Shown here: positions 27,901 to 41,720 of the stretch, one piece after another
How the letters are laid out: the number at the start of each line of letters is the position of its first letter
Numbering within the stretch: the stretch's first letter is position 1
Assembly (NCBI GenBank): GCA_965287045.1
Contig: OZ336886.1
Coordinates: 23,622,001 to 23,686,000 of the forward strand
Origin: Carcharhinus amblyrhynchos
Taxonomy: Eukaryota
Length of the DNA: 64,000 nt
Direction: 5' to 3'
Program-made: the position numbers and the translations under genes
The notes under the pieces: model-generated
Seen by the model: the letters and a program-made list of their open reading frames with translations, nothing else
What the model was told of the DNA's origin: nothing
The model's database searches: none

Positions 27901-28258
27901 AGTGAGTCAGCCAAAAGTCCATCAACTTCGGCAGGAATGGAAGATCCTGCAGGCAAACAGCGGTGGAAAATTCTGACCTTTGGTGCTCTTCGTTAACATT
28001 GCTGCTAGCCAGTGGTGTGGACTGAAAATGAAAAGCCAGCTAGATCACAAAAACAGAAAGTATGCAACCTCTCTTCATCCACACTTTAGAGCCGTCACAT
28101 CAACCTGCTGGACAGACCTCAGGAGAGCAGAAGACTAAGGGAGTAAACGCTGACAGAAAATCTGAGTGTAGCCAAAGGCAGGCAGATGTCGATATATTTC
28201 ATTTTTCCAGCAACTCCTGAGACTAAGATGATATCAAACATTATGACTGGTGCATGTG

Positions 28259-29331
28259 GTCCACATTAACTTGGCCACTTAGGTTGAGAATTGGCTTGCC
28301 TATAGAAGTTAGAGAATAATGGTGGAAGGGTTTTTTTCTGGTTGGAGGTACATGACTAATGATGTTCCGCAGGGATCCGTACTGGGACTTCTGCTATGTT
28401 GTGAGTTATATAAATTACTTGGATGAAAACAGATGGGTGGGTTAGTAAGTTTGCAAACAACACAAAGATAGGTGGAGCTGTGGATAGTGTAGACAGTTGT
28501 CAAAGCATACAGTAAAAATATAGATCAGTTGCAGATATGGGCAGAGAAATGGCAGATGGCGTTTAATCTGAGCAATTGTGGGATAAATGTTAAGGGCAAG
28601 TATACAGTTAATGGCAGGATCCTGAACAGCATTGGTGTAAAGGGATCTTGAGGTTCAAGTACATAGCTCCCTGAAAGTGGCCATACAAGTAGATAGGGTG
28701 GTAAATAAAGTGTACAGCATGCTTGTCTTAATTGGTCGAAGCATTGAGTACATGAGTCAGGATGTCATGTTGCAGCTTCATAAAACTTTGATTAGGCCGC
28801 ATGAAAAGTCCAATTCTGGTCGCCACATTACAGGAAGGATGTGGAGGCATTGGAGAGGGAGCAGAAGAGGTTTACCAGGATGCTGGCTAGATTAGAGGGT
28901 ATGAGCTATAAGGAGAAGCTGGATAATCTAGGGTTGTTTTCTCTGGAACGGCAGAGGCTGAGGGGAGACCTGATAGAAGTCTATAAAATTATGGAGTGGC
29001 ATAGGTAGGGCTGACAGTCAGAATCTTTTTCCCAGAATACCAAGGGAAATGCACTTAAGGTAAGAGGGGGAAAGTTCAAAGGAGATATGAGAGGCAAATT
29101 TTTTTGCATAGAGAGGGCTAGGCGTGTGGAATGCACTGCTGGGGTATTGGTGGAGGCAGATAGAATAGAGGCGTTTAGGGGGCTTTTAGATAGCACACGA
29201 ATATACAAGGAATGGAGAGATATGAACCAAGGGCAGGCAGAGGGATTAACTTAATTTGGCAACATGTTTGGCACAACATCGTAGGCCGAAAGGCCTGTTT
29301 CTGAGCTGTCCTGTTCTATTTTCTATGTTTC
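28259..29331 (+). mobile_element. CR1 LINE 3' ~1.1 kb
   Basis: gttccgcagggatccgtactggg (VPQGSVLG); QLHKTLIRPH; terminus gccgaaaggcctgtttctgagctgtcctgttctattttctatgtt. Confidence 0.92.
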
Positions 29332-29747
29332 TGTTGGAATCAACCAAAAAAGTCAAGGGGGGAGCCATATTTTAAAAAAGCCCAGGTTGTCCATAAATTC
29401 AATGCAGCAGACACTCCTATTTTGCTGCAGACCATTAACACAGGGGCGAAAAGAGTTACGACTGATAAATCCAACTTGATTTGCATAAAGAACAAGTGCT
29501 ATGGACTGTCTCCAATGGTGGGAGGCACCATCGTGTATCACTGGTCAACCAATGTCCTCTTCAGCATGAACAGTCCCAACTACTAAGATGTGAATCAGCC
29601 ACAACCTGTCTTATGCCTGTGAAGGAGACAGATAGGTCAATTCCTGTGGAGGGGGTGGTTATGTCTGTGAAGGAGGGGCAAACAATGCTTGTGAAGGGGG
29701 TGCGATACCTGTGAGAAGGGAAAGAGTGCTCCCTGAATCTTATGTAG

Positions 29748-30169
29748 GCTTGTACTCGTTAGAGTTTAGAAGAATGAGGGGAGATCTCATTGAGACGTAT
29801 AAGATGATGAAATGGGATGGATAGGATAGAGGTGGAGAGACTCTTCCCACTCAGAAAGGACAGTAGGACTAGGGGGCACAGCCTCAAGATAAAGGGGGGG
29901 GGCGGTTTAGAACGGAGTTGAGGAGGAACTTCTTCACTCAAAGGGTGGTGAATCTCTAGAATTCTCTGCCCGTTGAGGTGGTGGAGGCTGCCTCGCTAAA
30001 TATTTTTAAGACGCGGGTTGATGGGTTTTTGATAAGAGAGGGGATTAAGGGTTATGGGGAGAGGGCGGGAATGTGGAACTGAGCCACGACAGATCAGCCA
30101 TGATCTTATTGAATGGCGGGGCAGGCTCGAAGGGCTAGATGGCCTACTCCTGCTCCTATTTCTTATGTG
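29748..30169 (+). mobile_element. Relatively young 5'-truncated CR1 3' end
   Basis: CpGs retained; terminus cctactcctgctcctatttcttatgt; cttatgtag at both 29739-29747 and 30170-30178. Confidence 0.9.
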
Positions 30170-31119
30170 CTTATGTAGTCGTGGTGGTGGTTGGGGGTAG
30201 GTGGTGATTACCCCGATGCTTGTGGCGGAGCAGAGGGGTGAGTCCATGTGGGGATGGGGATAGATAGCAGAGCTGGGCGTCCTTTATAGATGGTGCCTCG
30301 ATCTGTATGGAGCTGGCCTTGCCGGTTCTATCAGGCACACTCCTGCCATAGCGACAGCATAAAACAGGCCTAAGATTTCCTGTGCTCGCCAGCAAATCCA
30401 GTCTGAAAACTCAGTTGTGTTTCTGGAGAGATGCATGCCAATTTTCGGTCAGAGCCTGACACTCTGACAAATGCTAGGAAAATTCCACCCATTGTTACAG
30501 ATAGAAGAGAGGGAAAAGCTGAATTTTATTCTCTCAACATCTGTCATAAGTAAAAGTGTTATTGTTGTGAGCTTATTCTGAAAAATATTTGTTTGCGTAG
30601 TCAATTGTTGGTCCAGGGGATATGCAGCAACCTCTTGCAGGAGGCCATACACATACACACTGCTGTTAGATGTTTGCAGGTTGGAAATAAATCAGCAGAC
30701 TGCCCTTTGAGCTCTCAGCTGTATATAGTGATTTCAAAATGATCAGCAAGTTGTGTTATCTCTTTCCACCACAGTGAATTCATAAAGGGATGCTTGCCTA
30801 TTATCTGAATCTCGTTTTGGTATGATGGCTTATAGGTTCCCAGCCACTAGCCTCAAGAATCATCATCAATATTGATGACCCTGATGCATGTAGCTATTGT
30901 CTTGTGTAGACCCTCAGACTTCCCTTCAGAGGGTTAAACTTATAAGATGCAAATGATATATATTTTCTTTCAATAGTTCCTTTTTGAAAATGTACCTCAA
31001 CAGCCTTAGGTGTGAGATTTCATGAACAAAATGTCAGGGCACGTCTCCAGTATATCTAATTCATATAATGCCGTCGTGGTTACCTTATAATTTCAGCCAT
31101 CAGGTGACTTGTAGTAGCC

Positions 31120-33040
31120 ATCTTTAGATTCAGCAAAGAAAATGCTTCCAGTGAAAACAAAGTCTGGGGAGGCCATCACTAATTGCAACAAACAGTTGAA
31201 GAAATGGGTGGAACATCTTCAGTTGTACTCTAGGAAGAACACGGTCACTGAGGAAACTTGAGACAACATTAAAAAAAAGTCTGTCATGGCAGAGCTGGAT
31301 ATCAAACCCACTGTGGAGGAATTTAATTAAACTATTAACTTATTTGCCATGGGCAAAGCTCCAAGTGCTAAAGTTATTCCACTTGAACTCATCAAGAATG
31401 GGAAACTGGCACTCCTGTACCATCTCCACAAACATCTCTACTTCTGTTGGAGGAAGGGTGCAATTGCAAGAAAAACAATATGAACAAAGGAGACCACTAT
31501 ATAGTGCTTTTTATCAATCTCGCCAAAGCATTTAACCATGTGAGCAGAGGCGGTCTATTTAAGCTGCTGTAGAAAATAATCTGCTCACTGGAGCTGAGGT
31601 TAGCTTTGATAGGGGAATACTGGAAAACTTTGCAATCTGCAGTAGGGTCAAGAAGAGTTATACATGGTACAAACTCTGATATGTTCATTATATTCTTCTC
31701 CTTGTAGCCATTATATGCCTTCAGGTCATCTACAGGAGGTTTCTATTTCCATAGCTAAACTGATAGAAAACTGTTCAGCCTGGCTCACTTGAGATCCAAT
31801 ACAAAGGTGCACCAAGTCCTAATTGGAGAATTTCTTTTCAATGACGATGCTACACGAACATTCCATACCAAGGAACACCATCAGCGACAAATGGACAGAA
31901 TTTCTCATGTCTGTAAAGAGCTTAATTTGATTATCAGCATCAGGAAGACATTTGTCATGGTCCAAAATGTTACCATACTACCACATGTAACAGTGGCAAT
32001 GTGACACTGGAGGTCGTTTATAGCTTTACATACCTAGATTCCATAATCACCAGCAATCTATCACTTGGTGCTGAAATTAATACATGCATTGAAAAAGCTA
32101 CAACTGATATGTTCAATCTGAGTAAGCAAGTATGAAGCAAAAGCATCCGACTGAGAAGACCGAAGTGTGAGGCTATCAACTCTACACCTTTAGCATACTC
32201 TTCTACAATAGTAAGACTTGGATTATGCATACCAAGCAGAAGAAATGAGAGAATTGTTTCCACCTTCTCTGCCTCAGCAGCTCATGGCAGGGAAAGGTAA
32301 TCAGCTCAGAGATCATCCTGGAGCGTTAAAACAAGTCTGTCACGGCAGAGCTGGATATCAAACCCACTGTGGAGGAGTTTAGTTAAACTATTAACTTATT
32401 TGCCATGAGCAAAGCTCCAAGTGCTGAAGTTATTCCACTTGAACTCATTAAGAATGGGAAACTGGCACTCCTGCGCCATCTCCACAAACATCTGTTTCTG
32501 TTGGAGGAAGGGTGCAATTGCAAGAAAAACAATATTAACAAAGGAGACCACTATATAGTGATTTTATCATACACTCATTGTCAAGCCAACGAATGCACCA
32601 ATTTGGTGATGTTCAGAGGATGGATGACAGCCAATATATCCAAAGACTTTCTGTACAGTGAATCGGCCACTGGGTCACGTCCTCATGGGTATCCGTCCAT
32701 ATCTCTGCTACAAGGTTACCTGCAAGCGAGATGTGAACATGGCAGACCTTGACACAGACAATTGGGAGACAGTGGTTGATAGCCCTGACCTCTGAAGGCT
32801 GATTTTGCTTGGTAGGGCATTGGAAGAGGAGAGCAGAAGCAAGAAGTTCAGCTGGCTGAGAAGAGGGCCTACAGTAAAGAGTGGTCTTCTCTGCTCACTG
32901 CTTTGCTCTGCAGCAAATATGACAGAGATTGCCATGTTAGAGTAAGGCTCCTGAACCACACCAGATGATGCTTAACACAGAGTTGACCACAAAGAATTGG
33001 TGATGCCAACCATTGTCTTACAAGAATGAAGGCTGCCATA
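31120..33040 (+). mobile_element. Degraded RTE (BovB-like) LINE
   Basis: tgggtggaacat (WVEH); KAPSAEVIPLELIK; tttatcaatctcgccaaagcattt; LIGEFLFNDDA (YADD region); tttacatacctag (FTYL). Confidence 0.85.
32326..32569 (+). repeat. Direct duplicate of 31269-31516
   Basis: About 245 bp, near-identical by eye (aagtctgtca.ggcagagctggatatc...ggagaccactatatagtg). Confidence 0.92.
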
Positions 33041-36000
33041 AAAAAAAGATTGTGTCATTTTGCCATTGATAAATGATACATTGGAGACATTCAATATGCA
33101 CAGAACACACTAACAAATTCTACCAATATTTTGTAAATCCTACGAATCTCGGAAATTCAAATGGTGGAATAAGACTCTGGAGAAATCAGCTTAAAAATCA
33201 TAATGCACATGTGGGCTGGGAGAGTTTGGAAATTGCTTTTTTTGTTTTGAACCAATTCATCCAACAGAGCTCAATTAATGTCCTAAGAACTACTTTCACT
33301 TACAATACAAGGTAAATATGGATCAAGGAAAAAAAAGGAATGAAAGGAGCTCAGAAAGAAAGAAAAAAAATGAACACAGAAAGGAATAAGAACACACATG
33401 AAGAAACTAAGCTCATTGCTTTTAGTACGATACCATTTCAGCAGCACATTTTCCAAGAGGCAAATGTTAAAGAATGTAGTTATCAGTTTATACTAGTCAT
33501 TCTACAAGTCGTGCCATGTTCAAAATAAGTGGAGTAGCTTTAATGTAATACTGGTGCTTTCCCAAAAAGGGATAGGATGCTAAATGTTTTAAAGAATTCC
33601 TAAAATGTTAAATTCATTAGGCAATTTAAAACATTTTATTACATTCCATTTTTTTTCCACAATTCCCCATGCATTCTTTCACTTATATTGTATTACAGAT
33701 ATCCTCTGCTGCAATTAACTTGGCTGGAAAGATGATGGACCAATCTGACTGTAACTACATGATAAATTCATCTCTCTCCTCATTTGAACATATCTTAATG
33801 TTACCAATATTAATAATTTTTGCTCTAGGAAATAGGTGAAGCTTACTAAAGAAAAAGTCCTTGACCAAAATAGCAAAGGATATTATACAGAGAAATGATC
33901 TACTGATGCAAATCATTAAATCTATTTGCATTTGCTTACTGAACCTTAACACAGAAATTAAACTACATACAGGAAAAGGGAGATGGTTTTGCATGGTTAC
34001 AGGAGACATCTTGGAAGATCCAACTCTATGTCATTAATTCTTCCATTTTTCCTCATTAACAAGTAAAATGTTTTTACTGCATGAAAAGTTTTAATAAATA
34101 GATAGAGCAGTCGAACTGGTATGGGAAGTTTGTAATATAACCTACGACAGTGTTAAATTGTCTATGAATGTGCTAAATTACTTTATATTTTCAACAATTA
34201 AGTTGTTTTAGAATAACACCTGCTAACATTTCTTTTTAATATTAATACATAATATATCATATTTCATTAAATCCAACACATCACATCACAGTCGCTTCTT
34301 TACAATTCCTGATATTAGACACTTTCTACATAACTAACTGCTGCTTTTCACCTGCAAGGTTCTGTATTTCAACCTTGCCTCTGGCTATTGTCCTAAAGGC
34401 TTAAAAATGGACTTCCCATGAGCAGGAATGGATCGCAAGTCATTCGTTTGTCAGCACTTCAATACTTTGTCAAGGGGGATTCTCTACCTTGGCAAAAATT
34501 GACAGGATTAGGGTTTCTTGTCAGATGAGTAAATTTCAGTGCCTCCACCAACTGCACTGCTAAAAGAATTTTTTGCACTCATTCAGGAAAGTTGTCAAGG
34601 GAAACAAGTCATTTTATGTATTTCCATATTGCAATTTTATTTTATCATTTGCACTATTATTTTCTGATTTACTTGCCCTTGCTGCGTTGAAGCAAAATGA
34701 TCATTCTTGTGCACCATATAGAATAGGGGTGTCTCTATATAATGAGCATTAATAAAAAGATAATGCCAACTAATTTTCATTTACTTCAGTGGTGACCCTC
34801 AGAAATGGGTCTGACTCCAGCAAGAAAAACAAATGGCACATTGCCTCCCATGACTTTATATTTAGAAAATTAAATGAATAGGTGGAGATACAAGATAACA
34901 ACCCAATCAAGAGAGCTATATCATATATTAAAGAACATAAACCTTAAGAATTTGTTTCCTAATTCGAAAATCTTCAGTACACAAATTCACTTGTGTTGGA
35001 AACTCACACAAAATGGGCACTAAGCCTGAAATGTGAGCTTGAAAACATGGCCCCACTCGCTTAAAATTAGACTTTGGGCCTCAGTCCTAAAACAAAAGAA
35101 CAGCAACCACTAACTCATTGTCCGTTGGAACTCTCCAGTCAGGATCTTGAGAAATGTGGCCAGACTTGGCAAAAGCCAGCCTATAGGTAAGGATTGGGGG
35201 TGGGGATGAAGCAGAGGGGCTAGTTGGGGATGAAGGGAGGGGGAAGGGGTGGAATGATCCCAGATTAGTCATAGCCATGTTAATTTGATGGAGCAAGTAG
35301 GAGCGATGCTGCTCCATTGGTTCCATGGATGCAACATTTTAAAAAATGGACATTGCATTCAGTGAACTGTCTACACCAGGCTTTTGAAAGAACCACTGGT
35401 TAGGTCTTCGCATACCACCGAAAAAACTAACCAGAGCCCACAGATCATATCTTCCAGTTGATGCTAATTTCTGAATGGAATCCTAAAACTAGTTTTAGGG
35501 CCCAGCTTTGCATATTCAATGCCAGTTCCAGGCAGGTAACCCGGACATTTGGAAATCATCAGCTTCCAATTTGCTGTTGGCACAGTTCCAGGGTAATCAG
35601 CCTAAATCTGCTGCTCTCACAATACTTTTCTTCCAATAAATGGTTGAAACGTTGTTCTAATCTGTACTACGTACAGGCTTCAGACAAGAGACATTTCAAC
35701 TTAACTGCAGTTCATGTGGAAATATAGAAAGCTGCAATCACCAACTGTTCACACAACTGCTCCCTGAGTTTGTTTTGCACTATATACATTGAACAGGTGG
35801 CAGAATATTACTTAGACGTGTAAGCAAACCAAAGTTTACATCAGCATTTGATTATTAGCCCTTAGGTTTTTTTTAAGCTAGAAGTTAAAAGATGATAGCA
35901 ACACTAATAATAATAATGGCTATATGTCTTGCGCAGAACCTTCACATTGGCTCAATTAGGACAATTTGAATCAAGTCAACTGTAACTTAATCTTGTCTTC

Positions 36001-36825
36001 TTGTCAAGAGGTGTTTTAAGATTGGTGTTTATATGATTTTGAGTTAGATTTCATTTCTTATCCTACCTGTTACTGAAGCAATGTCTGCTCTGTTATGCCA
36101 TGAAAATGCTAATCAGGGCCTTGGGTTTCAATAAAATATGCTCTGAATGCTATTTTCACCCTTTTAGTTTAGAGCACATGGTTTTACCAATTAGCTTCAC
36201 TTGAAGTCTGATCATAATGCAGATGAAACAATTTAAACATGAAAAGTTAAACATGGCTGCAGGCCACCTGATCCTAGGCTGCTGTGAAGTGGCAGAAGTT
36301 ACAAAAATTCAGGTGGAAACGCCTTCAATGCGGAACCTATCCTAAAGGTAGTATCACAATCCTATCTGCATAGGGGCCTCTCAAATTATTCAGAATGATT
36401 ACAGGCCGATCTCACAGACAGATTTTTAATTTGGTCACCATTTTGGCTATTGGAAACAAATCTGATGGAATGTTAATACTTACAAATCAGTTACTGCCAG
36501 CCTGATACCGGAGTTGTTACATTTATTACAATCCTTGAACAATTTCATTACATTATCTTTTTCCCTGCTTGTGCACTTTCTCATGGCTCCATGTGAACTT
36601 ATGTCCCTGTAGCCTCCTTTGTATTTGTATCTCAGAAGTATTTTGAGACATGTCTGTGTATGATCCTCCCAGTAAGGTATGGTTGTCATCACCATAGTCA
36701 CCCCAAGGTAGTAAACCAAGATTTATTATTGGGATATTCATCAGCTGGATTATTTATTTTATTCCTTTTATCCATTCTTGGGATGTGAGCATTCACTGGC
36801 TAGGACAGCATTTATTATTGCCCAG

Positions 36826-37160
36826 TGAAGGCTTAGTGGTATTATCACTAGATGATTAATCCAGAAACTCACCTAATGTTCTGAGTTTGAATTGTGCCAC
36901 GATAGATGGCGGAATTTCAATTCATTTTGAAAATCTGGAATTAAGTATTGACTGATTACAATAGAGCCATTGTCGATTGTTGAAAAATCCCTAAAAACAC
37001 TAATGTCCTTTAGGGAAAGAAATCTGGTCAGGCCTACATTTCACTCCAGAATCACAGCAATGTGGTTGACTCTCCACGACCCTCCAAAAGCAACTGGGGA
37101 TAGGCAATAAAACAAAGCCAGCCAGCCAGCGACACCCATGCCCCTGAAATGAATTTAAAA
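36826..37160 (+). mobile_element. tRNA-SINE, second family
   Basis: tagtggtattatcactag...aaaatctggaattaag...ctaatgtcctttaggga...cagcaatgtggttgactct; homologous to 45615-45945 and 53300-53585. Confidence 0.8.
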
Positions 37161-38494
37161 GTCCTTAATTGCCTCAGAGAAGATGGTGGTGAGCTTATAG
37201 ACCTACAAAACACAGATCAGAAAACATACAGGGCTATGATAAATAAACAGTGGTCTGGGATTAATTGGAAAGCTTGAGAAAAAAACTTGGTACTGGCAAA
37301 TTGGGCAGAATGACCTCTTTCTGTGCCATATCTTTCTATGGTGCTATGATCTATCATCCATAAAAAAATTCCAGTTATAAAACATGGTGATAAAGGATGT
37401 CAATGCTCCTCCATGGAAAAGTATACACAAGGGCAGTGATTAACTTATTGGCTTCTGGCATGTCTTGCATTCCATTTCCAACATTTAAATTAATATGCTT
37501 CAACTCCCATTTGTTTGAATTGAGTACAAAAAGTAGAAATACAAAAAAGTCTTTACGGACATTGTTGTTCGGGTCTGACGAAGATTATTTTCAGCTGCCT
37601 CTAACTTGACATCAAATATTTTAATCTCTCCATGTCTTGTTGAATCAGAAGCTTTTCATTTTTTTTGCAAAAATCTAACTAAGTAAAAAATGAAAATTCT
37701 TCATTCTCTTTTGGTCAAACACACCCAACAGTGTGATACCGAACTATAGCAGCCTTGTACTGAAACACACTGAGACCAGTCCCTGATCTGTAGAAAGTTA
37801 CCTGTCCTCAGTAAGAGCAGTGGTGAGGTTATTAGGTGAAAAGTGGATAAGTTTGACTGTAATTTCTCCTTCCTCAGGTCAGTCGACCTCTCAACAATCA
37901 CTACAGAAGCTTATATTTGAAGGATGGCAATTTGGGAAGGTACTGTGAAAATAAATGCTCCAGTCACAGCTTTGCTAACTTTTAAACGGAGCAATGCTGC
38001 TTTTCCTCTTTGTAGCCTAAAGGAAACAGCAACTTAATTAATATACCATCAACTTGGAAATACTGCAATATACTGGAGTGTTCGTTCGTTTCTCCCAATC
38101 TTCATGTAATTTGTTTTCTATTATCCAGAAATATTGACCAGAATATTGGGAGACTTGAAGAGTGAGGGAGGCGATTTTGCACTCCAGACACCCAGCTGAA
38201 CAAACTTACCTCAGGAGCTGCTGAATGTAACAGCAGGCATGAGTATAATTTCTTTATTTCATTTCTCAGCTGCAACCAGCCAGTCAGATTGAGGAACAGC
38301 ACCAGATTGCATCCAGGAAACAGAATGGTGGTGGGAAGTAGAGTCCAGAGGTTTTGGCAGTAGTTACATTGACGGTGAAGCCAGAGATGATGAATTGGTA
38401 TTCTTCTGGACCCTTAGGAGGTGGAGGTCAGGATGAGGGGAAATAAGAAGATTGTGAAAGAAACTGAGTGTGTTTGGGGAAGGTGAAGAAGAAT

Positions 38495-38836
38495 GGCACG
38501 GTAGCACAGTGGTTTGCACTGCTGCTTCACAGCTCCAGGGTCCTGGGTTCAACTCCTGGCTCAGGTCACTGTCTGTGTGGAGTTTGCACATTCTCCTCAT
38601 GTCTGCGTGGGTTTCCTCTGGGTACTCCAGTTTCGTCCCACAGTCCAAAGATGTGCGGGTTAGGTTGATTGGCTGTGCTAAGAAATTGCCCCTTAGTAGG
38701 GATGTGTAGGTTAGAGAGATTAGTGGGTATCATATGTAGGGATATGGGGGTAGGCCCTGGGTAGGATTGTGTTCGGTGCAGACTCGATGGGCCGAAGGGC
38801 TTCTTTCTGCACTGTAGGGTTCTATGATTCTATGAA
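38495..38836 (+). mobile_element. Full-length HE1-like V-SINE
   Basis: A box ggtagcacagtggt, B box gggttcaactcc, V-domain, CR1-derived tail gatgggccgaagggc...ctgtagggttctatgattctatga. Confidence 0.92.
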
Positions 38837-39758
38837 CATGGAAAGGATTGGAGAGATCAGGGTGGATGGGGAGAACATTGGTGGAGTGCCCTTGAAGAAC
38901 ATGGGGAACGCAGAAAAGATCAGAGGTTGTTGAGGACAATGGCGGCGGAATCTCAACTAATGAGATCCTTAATAATTTTACTTCCAGTGGTGGGGGAGTT
39001 CCTTATGCATATTGGATGCACTCACCCTCCTAAGTTAAATGTCTCATCCCACAGGACTCTCAAACTAGGCCTCCTTTCCCCTCATCTCAATTGCTGGGCA
39101 TGCTCACTGGGCCCATTCATACCAGAGGCTTGACTTCAATCCGGCCTCTTCTTTGGGGTCTGGCTCTGGTCCCAGCCACGGCCATCATTCACATCTAGGT
39201 GGTGCTGGGACTACAGAAATGCCAGTTAAGGCAGGACTTCTTTCCCTAATGTCAGAGTGGATATCTTACCCTGAGCCAATTAATAAGACGGGAAGACCGT
39301 AGACAGAGAAGTAGGAGTAGGCCATTTGGCCCATCAAACTTGAAATTTGGCCCCAGTGAGCTTGAAATAGCTGCACCCAAGTTTGCTCTCTCATGGGTGG
39401 GCTCCTAACTGCTTTTCGGGATGAACATGACCCCTGTAAAATCCAGACCATTGTATTAAAAATGTATTTTCTGGTCCCTCATTCTTTATAAACTATGGTT
39501 TTATATAGAGCTTCCCCTTTTCTCTCCAACATCTCTTAATTCATACTTGGCACTAACTCAAGTTCTCTAATTGGTTCTACTATTGAATTACGATGAGACC
39601 ATAAAAGAAAGCAATTCTACAAGTATACCAGTTATATACTTGTAGACTGATATCAAAAACTTTGTCACTCATCCTCCTCAATGATTTAAGTCTTCAAAAC
39701 ACTAATCATTGCATTCTCCATTATCACCTCATCTACTTCAATGACACTGCTTTATTCC

Positions 39759-39971
39759 TGATGTGGTATGCCGGCGTTGGACTGGCGTAAACACAGTAAA
39801 AAGTCTGACAACACCAGGTTTTAGTCCAACCTATTTATTTGATAATATACTCACTAGCTTTCGGGGTTACCCCCTTCTTCACCTGACGAAGGGGGTAACC
39901 CCGAAAGCTAGTGAGTATATTATCAAATAAATAGGTTGGACTAAAACCTGGTGTTGTCAGACTTTTTACTG
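39759..39971. mobile_element. Penelope-like element remnant: inverted pseudo-LTR palindrome
   Basis: Perfect inverted arms 39794-39877 and 39888-39971 (84 bp); actgctttattcc duplicated at 39746-39758 and 39968-39980; hammerhead core at the centre. Confidence 0.8.
39878..39915 (+). ncRNA. Minimal type I hammerhead ribozyme motif (PLE-type)
   Basis: ttcac-CTGACGA-ag-gggg taa cccc-GAAA-gc-TA-gtgag. Stem I ttcac/gtgag, stem II gggg/cccc, palindromic AGCT stem III, predicted cleavage after A39910. Confidence 0.7.
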
Positions 39972-41720
39972 CTTTATTCCGCCATACCTGGTCTAATGTA
40001 GTCACAAAATTTCCTTGAATAGCTTCTTCTCATCTATCAACACAAGTGCATCCAACTTGCACTTGTGCCTCATTGCCAAGCCTATCCCAGCTACAAACCA
40101 TCCCTGGGCAATATCGCTCATATACACATGGGTCAGCCTTTCTGGATACGTCAATTCTTCTTCTTTGTAACCACTGTTTAAGGACATATGTGCAGTTAGG
40201 TTGCCTATCCAACAAGAAATGTTGGATAAATCAAAATTACCAACACCAACATTCACAGATCTCAGCAGCATCCACCTTCCTTTAATTCTGATTTCACTAG
40301 ATTACTTGCTCAGGCTAAATCTGACACTTGGAATCCTCATCATTCTGTAGAGATGAGCTGACTTTTCCTCCTTGTATCTAATCCATCAATTTTTTATTTT
40401 AGGTGTAATGTATTTGCACCTTTTATCTTGTGCTGACCTCTCTATGGTGCTCATATCCTTTTGCTTGTTCCTTCTCCAAAACAAATCACCTAAAAATAGT
40501 CGTTGTGTCTTCTCCTGAACTCATAAAATTAATATGGAAGAGGACATAATTTAGCTGATGGGTTTATCTGTATTACAACACTGTAATCCACTCGTCATAA
40601 CTCTAATGGTTTCTCAAATAATTCTGGGCTATTGCTTTTATTTCACTTATCCACCAGGAAGTCTATTCAATACACTGATTACTTTTAGCATGAAGCAAAG
40701 CTTTCTGACCATCATTCAAAATTTGCAAACCTATACTCCAAAGAAAAGTACAGCATCGGAAAGGCCCTTCAGTCCTCCAATAGTGCTCTACCCAGTGAAT
40801 TTAAGTTTTTTTTCAGATCTATCTCTTCTAAATTATTTACCCTTTCACTAGTGAATTTTGTATGATTAGCTAGAAGAAACAAAGTGGGGATGATTTTCAT
40901 TTTCGGGTATAAAACAGTGTTGAACCGCTTTAATGGCAACTAAAATCTCTTGTTTAACCTTATTTACATAATGATTCACAGTTCCAGGTGCTGGATTTAG
41001 AAATAACAATGCTGGTTAAGAGATGAAAATTACACACCTGTCAAAAGTGTGGGGCCTTCAGTTTTTGTGCCGAATGGGTCAGATATCAGCAATGCACAAG
41101 CAGCACCTCCCAACACAGCATCTGGGAATCTGGAATGACTTTTGGGTTCAAGCATCATTAATCTTTTACTGGTGAGCTACAGCCAGCAAGACAGCTGGCT
41201 GGTTTCCTGTAATGGACAATTGGCCAGCTGTAGTATATAGGTATTCAGCAGATCAGACCTATCGGATCAATCATGTAATTGTGAGTTATATAATAGGTTT
41301 CATGATAGATTAATTGATTTTTTTTTAAGTTATGGCAGCTTAAATTATACCACTAGGGAAACTATCAGTGACTGTGCAAAATTTGGAGAAGCTTCCTGTG
41401 TCTAAGTAAAGCTACTTTGCCAACAATTGACTGTAGCTGCAGAATATGATTTTTGAATTGATTGCCATGCTTACTTTGGTTATATTTTAGCACTCTAGAG
41501 ATCTCATTTCTACAGGAAAGATGAGGTACATTATCATGTGCTTGCTTGCTTGCCTCCATGGTGCTTACCAAGTAATGACTCCCTACCTCACATGCCAGAA
41601 AACCTCTCTAGGTCACACACAAGTCAATCACACTCATTTTGTTTTGAGATTGAGGCAAAGTTTGTGTCAATGTTATACTAGTCAAACACTACTTGCCTTT
41701 TCTTTTACAAAATACATAAG

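Noticed and set aside
36480-36719. Minus-strand ORF ending at a gtaagt donor
   Set aside because: No clear acceptor and no protein similarity.
39794-39971. Pre-miRNA or DNA-transposon MITE
   Set aside because: A perfect 84-bp stem, one-sided extension, long flanking duplication and central hammerhead core fit a Penelope-like inversion better.
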